A DNA stretch of 64,000 bases from a virus (Duplodnaviria > Caudoviricetes), in the IMG/VR virus record IMGVR_UViG_3300013426_000016, positions 128,001-192,000 of that record. The stretch is one strand, 5' to 3'. The position numbers were made by a program, and so were the translations under genes. Below, piece by piece: positions 54,926-64,000 of the stretch. Below the pieces are notes generated by a model that was given only the letters and a program-made list of their open reading frames with translations, was not told where the DNA came from and made no database searches. The stretch's first letter is position 1, and each line of letters opens with the position of its first letter.

Positions 54926-55165
54926 ATGAACATAAAAGAAAGTGCGGATGGATACATAGGCCTCCCGAAAGAACGCGGCGAACTGCTTGAAGTCACCATG
55001 CGCAGGAACGCGTTCTTCGACGGAGCGGACTGGATGAGGCAAAAGGCCATGGTCAGCTTCGAGGACGCTATCCGCAAACTCAAATCACGCCTGCCAACAG
55101 AAGCCCGGCAACGCTTTTCCGTGACGGAAGAAATGATGAAATTCAATAAATCACTATCAGAATGA
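54926..55165 (+). CDS. Hypothetical protein (TGA stop)
   Basis: ATGA overlap with the next gene. Confidence 0.6.
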   Translation: MNIKESADGYIGLPKERGELLEVTMRRNAFFDGADWMRQKAMVSFEDAIRKLKSRLPTEARQRFSVTEEMMKFNKSLSE

Positions 55166-55467
55166 ACACAATAGACGTAAAAGACCTCGAACTGTTTAAC
55201 GCCAATCTGGACAGACTGCTGCACTCAATCGAAGTGGCTCACGTCATGGCGACGACAAAGACACAGCGGATGACCGACTACAAACACCAATACCCCTACA
55301 TGGATGACGCGAAAATTGAAGACCTCTTCCGCCGCGAACTCCACGAAAAGGAACTGTCCGTCCGCGCCGACTACGATTCCATGCGGATGCGCGCCGTCAC
55401 CTGCGGCATCACTCTCCCCTACAGCATCGGAGAAATCCTTGACTACATAGAAAACTCGAAAGCATGA
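55162..55467 (+). CDS. Hypothetical protein (TGA stop)
   Basis: ATGA overlaps on both sides. Confidence 0.6.
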   Translation: MNTIDVKDLELFNANLDRLLHSIEVAHVMATTKTQRMTDYKHQYPYMDDAKIEDLFRRELHEKELSVRADYDSMRMRAVTCGITLPYSIGEILDYIENSKA

Positions 55468-55847
55468 AACACCTAATCACCATCCTCTGCCTCCTGCTGC
55501 CCATCGCAGTACAGGCCCAAATCATTGACACCGACTTCAACATCGGCGGAAAGGCCGTCACCGTCCTCGACAAGAACGGAGACTACCATGAACTCATCGA
55601 TGGCTGTACTTTCACCATCCAACATCAAGTGTTCGGCTCTGCCGGGACAATCACACAAATCAAAATCGTCACCCCGACCGGAGAAACCGTATACAACGAA
55701 CTCCTCACCGACAAACAGGCCGTCTACATCCCCAAGAACGGAGACACGCCCTACGCCATAGCCATCATCGGCGACTATTTCGTCCATGTGCTCGCTTTCC
55801 CCGACACAGGCCTCATATCACTCAAAACCCAACCCTACAAGCAATGA
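55464..55847 (+). CDS. Secreted hypothetical protein
   Basis: Signal peptide MKHLITILCLLLPIAVQAQ. Confidence 0.65.
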   Translation: MKHLITILCLLLPIAVQAQIIDTDFNIGGKAVTVLDKNGDYHELIDGCTFTIQHQVFGSAGTITQIKIVTPTGETVYNELLTDKQAVYIPKNGDTPYAIAIIGDYFVHVLAFPDTGLISLKTQPYKQ

Positions 55848-56019
55848 AACCGTCTAAAATCATCATCACCCTTGAAGACAACCTCATCGGCTGCGAACTC
55901 AACGACAGCCAAGGACGCATCCTTGACATCCACAATATGTCCAAGGAAGAATGCTCACACGTCATCAACGCCCTCAATGTCGCCTTACACGACCTTTTCC
56001 TCAAATACCTCAAAACAAA

Positions 56020-56346
56020 ATGAACAAGACAGCATTATTGGCAATCATAGCCGCCGCAATAACCGGACTGGCAGCCCTCACGCTCATCCCCGTCAGAGCA
56101 AACTTCCGCGACAAGGAAAGACAACGCCTCAACGAACAAATCCAACTCCGTGACGACTTCATCCGGCAACACCTCGACACCCTCTACTCCCTCAAGGACG
56201 AGTTCGTGCTCAACGAATCCAACGTCCGCACAATCCACAACCTCGATTCCATCGGACTGCAATTCGCGAAACGCTCCGGGACAATCGACTACTACCGCTA
56301 CGCTCTCGACATAAACTACCTACAGGAACAACTCAGAAACAATTGA
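56020..56346 (+). CDS. Membrane-anchored hypothetical protein
   Basis: MNKTALLAIIAAAITGLAAL followed by a coiled coil. Confidence 0.55.
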   Translation: MNKTALLAIIAAAITGLAALTLIPVRANFRDKERQRLNEQIQLRDDFIRQHLDTLYSLKDEFVLNESNVRTIHNLDSIGLQFAKRSGTIDYYRYALDINYLQEQLRNN

Positions 56347-56410
56347 CAGATAACGCCCGTGCCGCCCCCACTCTAACCGGAACGCACGGGCTTCAAACTC
56401 ATCCACCACC

Positions 56411-57009
56411 ATGACCTTCGGACTGCCCTACAAAGGAAGCAAAAACAAACTCGCCGCACGCATAGCGGAACTCCTGCCCCCTGCCCACACCCTCGTGGAC
56501 ATCTTCTGCGGCGGTTGCGCCGTGGCTCACGCAGCCGCACTCTCCCGCAAACCGCCCTGCACAACATCAAAGGATTAACGGAAAGACGACTAGCACTGAA
56601 ACGCTTGCCGTTGCCTATCCCTGACAGACACCGCTGTTTGCAAGGCTTGGAGAGACTGAATAGACTGAATAGACTGAATAGACTGCCCCACGATATGTTC
56701 TCTCCCACGAATCTTGACTACCGCTCCGTCCCCATCCCCGAAAACTCCATAATCTACGCCGACCCTCCCTATCAAAACACCAACCACTATGGACATACGC
56801 GCTTCGATTCCGACAGCTTCTGGAACTGGGCACGCAACTCTATACACCCTATCCTCATCTCCGAATACCACGCCCCAAATGACTTCGTCACCGTGGCCGA
56901 ATTGAAACGCGTATCCCCCCTCTCCGCTACCAACAATAAAGCCGCAGCACCCGAACATCTCTACACCACGCCCCGATTCGCCCACCTCTTCCATGATACC
57001 CTCTTCTGA
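56411..57009 (+). pseudogene. Frameshifted/internally deleted DNA adenine methyltransferase (Dam/D12-like)
   Basis: PYKGSK and DIFCGG in one frame; YADPPY and LISEY in another; AGACTGAAT tandem repeat between them. Confidence 0.7.
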
Positions 57010-57623
57010 CGAATTACTACCCCGAATTTCGGTGGTTGGAATTGTCGCGAATTTTGGAGGCTTGGAATACCGCGAATTTTGAAGGGGATACCCGGGGCGC
57101 CTGCCTAAAACGCAGGGGGGGGGTATCCCAAACCGCCCAAAAGCGACAAAATGTAAGTACCCCAAAGTGTTTTCCCCGTATTTTCGGACACCCACGGGGG
57201 CAAAAAGCGACAAAATGTATAATTTCGAGGGTACGGCAGGCGGCGAAAGGCGGCAAATCAAGGCCGCAGGGGCGAAAAAGGTCGGCACACTGGAAGAGTT
57301 AGGCCGGTAGAGGGGTGCAAAATGAGGGCAAAAAGGGGCAATTTCGCAGCGCAATTTGTACACAGCAAGTCTGCCCCCCGTGAAAAATTTGACCACTTCC
57401 GAAATTTATTTGTACACCGCCGCGGAATTTCGCGACATTCGGCGCTGTCGCCCATATCCTTTCCTGCCCAAGAAGAAAACCGCAGAAGTGGCCCTATTTC
57501 GCACGCGAAAGCCCCTCAAGGTATCGGAGTACCTAAAGGGGCTATAAGGCTGCAAAACAAGGGTTTAAATACGAGAAAACGAGACTTAGCGCGTGAGGGG
57601 TTAAACGCTTTCAGACAAAAGCG

Positions 57624-57697
57624 CGGCCCTATTGCCTTATTTCGCCCTATTGCCTTATTTCGCCTTTCACCTTATTTCGCCCTTTTGCCTTATTTCA
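57624..57697. repeat. Tandem ~18-bp repeats (GCCCTATTGCCTTATTTC) x4
   Basis: Directly visible in a non-coding region. Confidence 0.6.
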
Positions 57698-57949
57698 TCT
57701 CTTTATCGCTCACTCAATCAAACAAACGTCTGTCTTGCGGTTATATAAGAGAGAAAGGGCGCAACCTGTAAGAGTTGTGCCTTTCCTTTCTTTTTTCTCC
57801 TTGTGGCTTAACCTACTATAAATGACGCTATTAGATTGCCATTTCGGTTATAAATGTTAGTTTGATTCTTTGTTTCTTCCATTCGCGTGGCCGCTATGCA
57901 ATTGATATAGAATATGTTAGCCGCGTCCTTGCGTTGCGTTGCTGTGCAC

Positions 57950-58183
57950 TTAAATATCTTCGTTTTCATCGTCTAAATCATTATATATCATGTCGTTAAT
58001 GGTTTCATCGAACCATAGTAATTCATTAATTTCCCCTTCTGTCGCCTGCCCGTTTGTCACCTCTTCGATATACTTCCAAACTTTTTCCGCAACTCCGGAG
58101 TAAATAGCATCGTCTTTCCTCGCCTTGCCGCCTTGCCAAGCGTCAAAATCTTCAAGCGCGGTAATTTCTGTAATTACGTTCAT
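57950..58183 (-). CDS. Hypothetical protein
   Basis: FDAWQGG..INELLWFD motif. Confidence 0.6.
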   Translation of the reverse strand: MNVITEITALEDFDAWQGGKARKDDAIYSGVAEKVWKYIEEVTNGQATEGEINELLWFDETINDMIYNDLDDENEDI

Positions 58184-58201
58184 ATCTTAATGTCTTGAAA
58201 T

Positions 58202-58480
58202 TTAACCGATTACATATATTTTCCCTCTCCGGCTATTGGCTATATACTCCATGTCGCAAATTTCGTACACGGGGAGATAATTTGCGCGCCGACCATATCC
58301 ATCATCGTAGAACCCCTCGAAGGTAAATTGATTAGGTTCTGCGCTCTTGATTATTTCGATTTCGCGAAAACCAAGGTAAATGTCTTTTCGCGGTGTGCCG
58401 TCGTGGCGCAGGAGCGAAATTTGACGCTCTGTAATTTCGCCTTTCGCGGCGATTTCCTTCAAAATCATTTCAGTTTTCAT
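58202..58480 (-). CDS. Hypothetical protein
   Basis: 92 aa ORF. Confidence 0.55.
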   Translation of the reverse strand: MKTEMILKEIAAKGEITERQISLLRHDGTPRKDIYLGFREIEIIKSAEPNQFTFEGFYDDGYGRRANYLPVYEICDMEYIANSRRGKIYVIG

Positions 58481-58506
58481 TGCTTTGTAAATTTAAATTA
58501 AAAAGT

Positions 58507-58728
58507 TTACTTATTTTCCAGAGACATAAATTTATCAAAAGAGATTGAGATTGTGCAGCGATTGCCCCACTTTGTAACACTTTTTATATCTCCGTGTACG
58601 ACTGCGTTATAAATTTCAAGAGACGGGCAACATTCGCACACTATAATTCTATCACCATAAAATTCGACTTTTTTTACCTCAATTTCAAGGTAATCAATAG
58701 CTCCGCTCTTGATTGTAAGTACTTGCAT
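58507..58728 (-). CDS. Hypothetical protein
   Basis: Likely start MQVLTIK after an AT-rich leader. Confidence 0.5.
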   Translation of the reverse strand: MQVLTIKSGAIDYLEIEVKKVEFYGDRIIVCECCPSLEIYNAVVHGDIKSVTKWGNRCTISISFDKFMSLENK

Positions 58729-58941
58729 GATTTTAATATTTAAATTATTTAATAGCTCGTATACAATGGTTTGACCCATTGCGGCCGTAAATTCTCACAA
58801 CGCACCCGCCTATTTTCGCGAACCTTTTGACAAGAATTTCCGCTTCGGCAATAGCCTCTTCCAAGCTTTGGAAGTCATCTAAATCGAACCTTTTTAAGAA
58901 CTTTGCATCTTTCATTTTACTAAAATATTTAAAATTAAATC

Positions 58942-59163
58942 TTATTTGTAAATTATTTCATAAATCACGGGGTCGGCAGAAAGAAGATAATTTATATCCA
59001 TCTCATCAGAGTCGCCGCACTCTATATATATATCGCACAACATTTGCCACACGGCGGCCGCCCGATGTCTGCGATATGCTGCTTTCCTATTATCCGCTGC
59101 AACGCCGAAAAGTTCGAAGTCACGAAGACAGCTGTAAAATTGGCCGTTAATTATCATTTTCAT
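58942..59163 (-). CDS. Hypothetical protein
   Basis: 73 aa; TACCTTTG promoter element upstream. Confidence 0.5.
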   Translation of the reverse strand: MKMIINGQFYSCLRDFELFGVAADNRKAAYRRHRAAAVWQMLCDIYIECGDSDEMDINYLLSADPVIYEIIYK

Positions 59164-59739
59164 TTCTCATCAAAAATTAAAACTTGTTTGTCTCGTTCGG
59201 ACAATGCAAAGGTACAACGATTTTTGATAACTACAAATTTTTTTTGCACTTTTTTCGAGTTTTTTTCATCCTTTTCCTTTTGTCCTTGATTTTCAAACAA
59301 TTACGATAGCGTTTGTATTTTTCCCTTTGCGTATATATAAGTTCACGCGCGCGTTATTTACAACTTTCAGCAGTCGCAATCTTAATTGCTATTGCGCGAT
59401 CTTAATTTATAGCGCACCTTTGCACTATCAAATTTATAGCATTATGATAGCTAAATTTCTACACGCAGCGACTAAATTTTTCGCGACGCACGTCCTTCGG
59501 CTACTTGCAACCGCCGCCCTCGTGGCCCTTGCCCTCCACTGGAAAGAGGGCGGAGTATTTCCCCTCGCCCTTGCTGTGCTCTTGTGGACTGCGTGAATTT
59601 TTAGAGCACTTGCAGGACGCGCCCGGCAAAGGGCCGTGAATTTTTAGACCTTGCCCGGAACGGGGCATGAATTTTCAGACGCCAAGCGGCTGACGTGAAT
59701 TTTTAGGCCGTGTGAATTTTTATAAACAAAACGATTAAA

Positions 59740-60051
59740 ATGAAAACAAGCAAAATTTTTCGGGAAAAAAGTCTTGAGGAACTCCACGCAAGCCACTTCT
59801 ATAAGTTGCGGAAAACCTCACAAAACACAATGATTGAGTACGTGGTCAGATACGACTACAACGGGCGTTTCGCAGTGCGCTGCGCAGGCGTCAACGCAAA
59901 CGGGGTTCCTTTCGTGGGTTCGGCGCAGAACGACGGGCGTTACTTCTTCCAGGTAGACACCTGCGACACTTTCGAGCAAGCGCAGGAGCACCCCGAAGAG
60001 TTGTACTCCGACATGATGCTTGCAATAGGGGCAAGGCGGAGGAACAAATAA
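59740..60051 (+). CDS. Hypothetical protein
   Basis: 103 aa ORF. Confidence 0.55.
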   Translation: MKTSKIFREKSLEELHASHFYKLRKTSQNTMIEYVVRYDYNGRFAVRCAGVNANGVPFVGSAQNDGRYFFQVDTCDTFEQAQEHPEELYSDMMLAIGARRRNK

Positions 60052-60098
60052 TTTTTAGGACGTGAATTTTTAGTAAACACAACAAAAATAACAACGCA

Positions 60099-60776
60099 AT
60101 GAAAAAGTTTAATATCAGCGCGTTCTGCGCAAAGAAGTCGGACCCCGTGCCGTCCAAATTTTGGGGAATAAGCTACAAGGACGGCAAAATGATAGCATCG
60201 AACACGCTTGTGCTTGCATCCGTCAAAGCGGATTATCCGGCGGAATACGAGGGCGGCATATATGCCGGAGACGTACGGATTTTCGATGAAACCATCCCTG
60301 CCGAAATGGTATTGGAGCAAGGACGCGCCAAAACGCTTGCAGTATCGTTACCTATTGCGGAACTTAAGGCCGCCTGCAAAGTCTGCCGTGATAGCGGCAA
60401 AGCAATGGGCGCGGTGGAATTTGTCGCCATCCCTTTCGGGGACAATCAAAAATTGCTTTTCAAACGCACTCTTCTGTCAAAGATTCTCACCGCCTGCGAA
60501 TGTTTCGGCATCAAGGAAATGCATATATCAGAATCGAGGCCGTATTCTTCCGCATATCTGACAGACGGCAACGGCAACGAGTTCGCTATCATGCCGGCCT
60601 ATCCGGCATTCGCCTATGTTGACCTTTCCGGACGAATCCACGATTATCCTTTTCTCATTGACGATTTGATAAGGCAGGCGGAGATTGCGCTCAAAGACGC
60701 GGGGAAGCCGCAGGAGCAAGCGAAAGCGGCGTCACATCTGATTAGTCTCAAATTCATAAAATCCCGTCTTGCTTAG
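60099..60776 (+). CDS. Hypothetical protein (weak sliding-clamp-like pattern)
   Basis: G.MIASN..VLA near the N-terminus and FAIMP near the C-terminus. Confidence 0.55.
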   Translation: MKKFNISAFCAKKSDPVPSKFWGISYKDGKMIASNTLVLASVKADYPAEYEGGIYAGDVRIFDETIPAEMVLEQGRAKTLAVSLPIAELKAACKVCRDSGKAMGAVEFVAIPFGDNQKLLFKRTLLSKILTACECFGIKEMHISESRPYSSAYLTDGNGNEFAIMPAYPAFAYVDLSGRIHDYPFLIDDLIRQAEIALKDAGKPQEQAKAASHLISLKFIKSRLA

Positions 60777-60778
60777 AC

Positions 60779-60817
60779 GAAAGAAAGGGGTTTCCGAACT
60801 GGAAGCCCCTTTCTTTG
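60779..60817. terminator. Bidirectional terminator
   Basis: AAAGAAAGGGG..CCCCTTTCTTT between convergent genes. Confidence 0.65.
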
Positions 60818-60916
60818 AAATAAGGCCTATTTTAGGCGCGCCAACGGGATAGGATGATAAGTTATACCAAAAGGTTCTTTACCGCGCCAAAAACGGCATC
60901 AAAACAGCAAATACGG

Positions 60917-61255
60917 CTATTTACGGATTATGTTTCGCTTGTATGTTTCACAGATATGCCCGTATTTCCATTCGGGATTGAGTTCGCAGCCCAAGCATTT
61001 GCCGTCTGCCGAATATTCGGACATCTGCCCGAAAAGGCAGGTGTCGCAGGTGTCGGGGATTTTCGAATCTTCCCTCTCCTTGATTTTCCGGCCTATCCAG
61101 ACGGACAAGTTCAAGCCTGCAACGAATGTCGTCACCAAAGCCGCGGGGAACCACAGCCAAGAGAGGGCCACGGCCCACGAGACGAGGCCGAGAATTTTCA
61201 GAACCAAAGCGGCCGTCACCCAAAGGACGTATGCCGCATAACCGATTTTCCTCAT
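60917..61255 (-). CDS. Membrane protein with Cys-rich tail
   Basis: LVLKILGLVSW..WLW.P TM motif; CDTC. Confidence 0.6.
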   Translation of the reverse strand: MRKIGYAAYVLWVTAALVLKILGLVSWAVALSWLWFPAALVTTFVAGLNLSVWIGRKIKEREDSKIPDTCDTCLFGQMSEYSADGKCLGCELNPEWKYGHICETYKRNIIRK

Positions 61256-61563
61256 AGTGAATTTTTGAAATGTTTTTCGTACTCCTCATATTTCTCACCG
61301 AATGCGCCATCCACCAGGAGCAGGTCTCCGGCGCGGTAATAGGAGTATACTATCGTTGTGTAGTGCATCCCGAAAAGCTCCGCAATCTCCACGTAGGTCA
61401 TGCAGGTGTTCTCCCGGAGAATCCGCACGGACATCATCCGCACGTCAGCGTACTTTCGCTTGTGAGACCTGTTCTGGTAGTTGGCCAAGGGCGCGCCGAA
61501 CACCTCCATGCAGGCGGAGTCCAACGCCCCCACGATAATTTTTAGTTCCTTTTCGCTGACCAT
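61252..61563 (-). CDS. DnaA C-terminal-like HTH protein
   Basis: RSHKRKYADVRMM..IAELFGMHYTTIVY. Confidence 0.7.
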   Translation of the reverse strand: MVSEKELKIIVGALDSACMEVFGAPLANYQNRSHKRKYADVRMMSVRILRENTCMTYVEIAELFGMHYTTIVYSYYRAGDLLLVDGAFGEKYEEYEKHFKNSL

Positions 61564-61579
61564 AATTTTTAGACTTTTT

Positions 61580-61843
61580 TCAGAACGGCAGGTCATCTTT
61601 CTCCGCGTCCTGCGGCGCGGAATTGCCGCCCCCGAACTCCTTAGTCTTGAGGTTGCCGAGGTAGATTGTCTCCCGATTCTCCTTATCGTAGATGGAGACG
61701 GAGTGCGTGTTGCCGTACTCGTCTTCGCCGTTCTTGTTCGGGACGATGTCGATGAAGATGCACTTGTCCCCTTTCTTCGTTTCCCCAATCAACCGCTTCG
61801 GTATCTTGGTGAGGTTGATTAACCCTGTCAGTTTTGTTGCCAT
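61580..61843 (-). CDS. Small SSB-like protein
   Basis: INLTKI..DEYGNTH..YLGN with acidic DDLPF tail. Confidence 0.65.
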   Translation of the reverse strand: MATKLTGLINLTKIPKRLIGETKKGDKCIFIDIVPNKNGEDEYGNTHSVSIYDKENRETIYLGNLKTKEFGGGNSAPQDAEKDDLPF

Positions 61844-61846
61844 AAA

Positions 61847-62302
61847 TTATTGTTTGACATATCGTTTCTCTATCCACCGCTTCGCCATCGGAAAGTCCAA
61901 CTGGCGCGTGCGCATCACGAAAGACACCGCGTTCTCTCTCGCACCGCATCGGAAGCAGCCGAAAATCTGATATTTCGGACTTGTATACGCAACATTCTTC
62001 TTGCCGCAGAACGGGCAGTCGCAGATGTAGTTCTCGCCACGGAATTCCGCCGGAAGCGTGTCGCAGACGATTTCTTCTATCCGTGCATGCCTGCACAGCT
62101 CCCTCGCCGCGCCGATTTCGCCGTCCTCACGGAATTCATATCCGCGCGCCTCCGCTATGCTGCGGCAGTAGCCGTAATCCGTCCCGGCAGGGATTGCCCC
62201 GTCCACGGGATAATACACGTTGTCCATTATCCACTTGTGCAGCTGCTCATCGTTCGTCACCGAATTGATGTAGTTGCCATATCTGTATATTCTTATCTTC
62301 AT
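61847..62302 (-). CDS. CHC2 zinc-finger (primase-type) protein
   Basis: CPFC..FGCFRCG..NAVSFVM..DF..A. Confidence 0.7.
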   Translation of the reverse strand: MKIRIYRYGNYINSVTNDEQLHKWIMDNVYYPVDGAIPAGTDYGYCRSIAEARGYEFREDGEIGAARELCRHARIEEIVCDTLPAEFRGENYICDCPFCGKKNVAYTSPKYQIFGCFRCGARENAVSFVMRTRQLDFPMAKRWIEKRYVKQ

Positions 62303-62553
62303 TTGATTCTCTCCGCAAATTCCCTGCTTTCTATCTCCAACGGCTGAAGATAATCAGCCGCCGTGTCGAGTACGTAGTCTTTAGCATCTTCATATCCGTT
62401 CTTGATTGCGCACACGGTTATCGCCGACAGGTGCTTCCGCCCATCCTCGTCCGTGTTGACCGCCAAGAAGCCCTCGCCGCGTCTGCGCACCACGAGCATG
62501 TAGTCGCACCTGCGCATCATCCACGTGACCAGCTTTATCAGCAAATCAAACAT
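62299..62553 (-). CDS. Hypothetical protein
   Basis: 84 aa ORF in operon. Confidence 0.55.
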   Translation of the reverse strand: MFDLLIKLVTWMMRRCDYMLVVRRRGEGFLAVNTDEDGRKHLSAITVCAIKNGYEDAKDYVLDTAADYLQPLEIESREFAERIK

Positions 62554-62932
62554 GCCTTTCCTCCTTTGTCACGCCGTCCCCGTTCCCCTCTATCGTCCCG
62601 TTCGCTTTCCGCTTCGCGAGCTTCTCAAGATTGAACTTCGCCACCTCCTCAAGTGAGTAGCCCATGGATGCCGCCATGCCTGCTACGCCCCACAGGATGT
62701 CCCCGAGTTCAAGTATCACCCCGAGGTCGAAGTCCATCTCCTCGCGCGTCTCCATCACTGAAGAATTGATGAGGTTGTCGCTGAACTTCAGCCTCCCTTT
62801 CCTTATCGCCTTAGCGAACTTCCCTTGCAGTTCCCCGGCCTCCGATGCTATCTCAAGCATCATGTAAAGATGATTGTCGCAACTGTCCATCCTCGTGGAC
62901 ATCGCCTGCGTTTGATAATCATTCAACTCCAT
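62546..62932 (-). CDS. MazG-like nucleotide pyrophosphohydrolase
   Basis: EAGE..ELGDILW..NLEKL..R..G.I.G.GD. Confidence 0.85.
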   Translation of the reverse strand: MELNDYQTQAMSTRMDSCDNHLYMMLEIASEAGELQGKFAKAIRKGRLKFSDNLINSSVMETREEMDFDLGVILELGDILWGVAGMAASMGYSLEEVAKFNLEKLAKRKANGTIEGNGDGVTKEERHV

Positions 62933-63332
62933 TGTATTCCTTTTTCAGTTGTTCTATTCTCCTGTTGTTCTTTTCAAGTATCCGCATCCCCGTCCTTGTC
63001 GTGGAATGCTCCCAACGCTCGTGGCAGTGTTCGCAGAGGATGTTCACGTTCCTCGGGTCATGGGCCATCCTCGCATCCGCGCCACGGCTGATGATGTGGC
63101 TCACGTTGTAGGCACTCGGAGTCCGTATCGGCCTGCGGCATTCCTCGCAGATGAGCGGCAGGCGCGAAAGGCAGAAGCGGTAGAACTTGTGGTTTCCCAC
63201 CGCATCGTTCTTCCCGAACCGCTCTTTCTGCACCTCCACACGGAGCGCGTGCGACATCGGAAGCCGCTCATCAATCAAAGGCTCATAACCGCGTTCCACG
63301 GCATAGCCGTATTCCTCCCGTGTCTCTATCAT
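62919..63332 (-). CDS. HNH-family (NinG-like) nuclease
   Basis: CEEC..SHIISRG..HDPRNVNILCEHCH. Confidence 0.7.
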   Translation of the reverse strand: MIETREEYGYAVERGYEPLIDERLPMSHALRVEVQKERFGKNDAVGNHKFYRFCLSRLPLICEECRRPIRTPSAYNVSHIISRGADARMAHDPRNVNILCEHCHERWEHSTTRTGMRILEKNNRRIEQLKKEYNGVE

Positions 63333-63685
63333 TTGATGCCGTTGAAATAATCCCTCTCCCAACGCTCGCGTTCCGCCTTGGGGACTTTCGCCTCCTCGGG
63401 GAAACCCTCGAACCAATGGTCGATATTGATTCTCCGGGCTTTTTTCTTCCCCAAAGCAATACCGTACAGCATTTGCATGTCATAATCGTACCATTTGAGA
63501 AACGAATCAAAATCTATCCCGTTGTCTACGACATAACGCAATTCCCAGTTCGACAGGAAGAGGTCTACGACATCGAATGTGCAATAGCCATCGTCCATCC
63601 ACTCTCCGTCAGTCTCCCACATCTCGTTCAGTTTCTCCACGTATGCCTTGCACGCGGCAGAGTACATCAACTGTAAACTTGTCAT
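63329..63685 (-). CDS. Hypothetical protein
   Basis: ATG 63685 with ATGA overlaps on both sides. Confidence 0.6.
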   Translation of the reverse strand: MTSLQLMYSAACKAYVEKLNEMWETDGEWMDDGYCTFDVVDLFLSNWELRYVVDNGIDFDSFLKWYDYDMQMLYGIALGKKKARRINIDHWFEGFPEEAKVPKAERERWERDYFNGIK

Positions 63686-64000
63686 ATCTTCGGATAATCC
63701 AATATCTGATAAAAATTCTCCGCAGCGTACTGGACGGCCCATTCTATCACCTCGTTTGCCTCCGCGCTGTCGAGTTCCTCGAAGTCCTTGTAACCCACTC
63801 TCCACTTCCCGTCAATCCTTTCCTCACGTGCGAAGAGTGGGCACTGCCGCTTCATCCATTCGTAGGTCTGCTCTTTCGTGTATCTCTCCCCGTACTCCTG
63901 CATCAACATCCCCTGCATCTCCGGCACGACATACCCGAAGAAGTAGTTGGTGACCTTGTCGCTCGGCTCAGCGGCGAGTATCTCCGCACGCAGGATTATG
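63682..64000 (-). CDS. NinB-like protein (5' truncated by window)
   Basis: NYFFGYVVPE..TYEWMK..ELDSAE..IE..QYAAE. Confidence 0.55.
   Translation of the reverse strand, partial: IILRAEILAAEPSDKVTNYFFGYVVPEMQGMLMQEYGERYTKEQTYEWMKRQCPLFAREERIDGKWRVGYKDFEELDSAEANEVIEWAVQYAAENFYQILDYPKI

Noticed and set aside
55473-63953. Many overlapping alternative-frame ORFs in the GC-rich segment, including 57017-57771
   Set aside because: Expected shadow ORFs at higher GC; they lack motifs and conflict with a coherent ATGA-coupled gene set.

Overview
Positions 1 to ~54,600 look like an AT-rich crAss-like (Crassvirales-type) Bacteroidota phage that reads TGA as Trp (genetic code 4). About 50 in-frame TGAs join the fragmented ORF track into full-length genes: tail fibres, TerL, an intein-bearing nuclease, putative virion cargo proteins, an amidase endolysin and RepL-like proteins. 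The + strand early genes avoid TGA completely. The window holds three ORF-less group I introns (major capsid, portal, and one in the D-loop of tRNA-Leu(UAA) with an apparent terminal A), a class-3-type intein and a hammerhead ribozyme. It also has three Rep/iteron modules, ClpP and a GroES-like gene. The most striking locus is 47.8-51.4 kb. It combines tRNAs, a circularly permuted tRNA mimic with Y-RNA (YrlA)-like topology, an array of four stem-WCAGCA RNA units and a possible attenuator, directly upstream of a DUF2828/vWA (Ro60/TROVE-like) gene. From ~54.6 kb the sequence becomes GC-rich, uses TGA as stop and resembles a different Bacteroidales temperate phage (chimeric join or recombinant). 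All calls are from reading the sequence; no searches were run.
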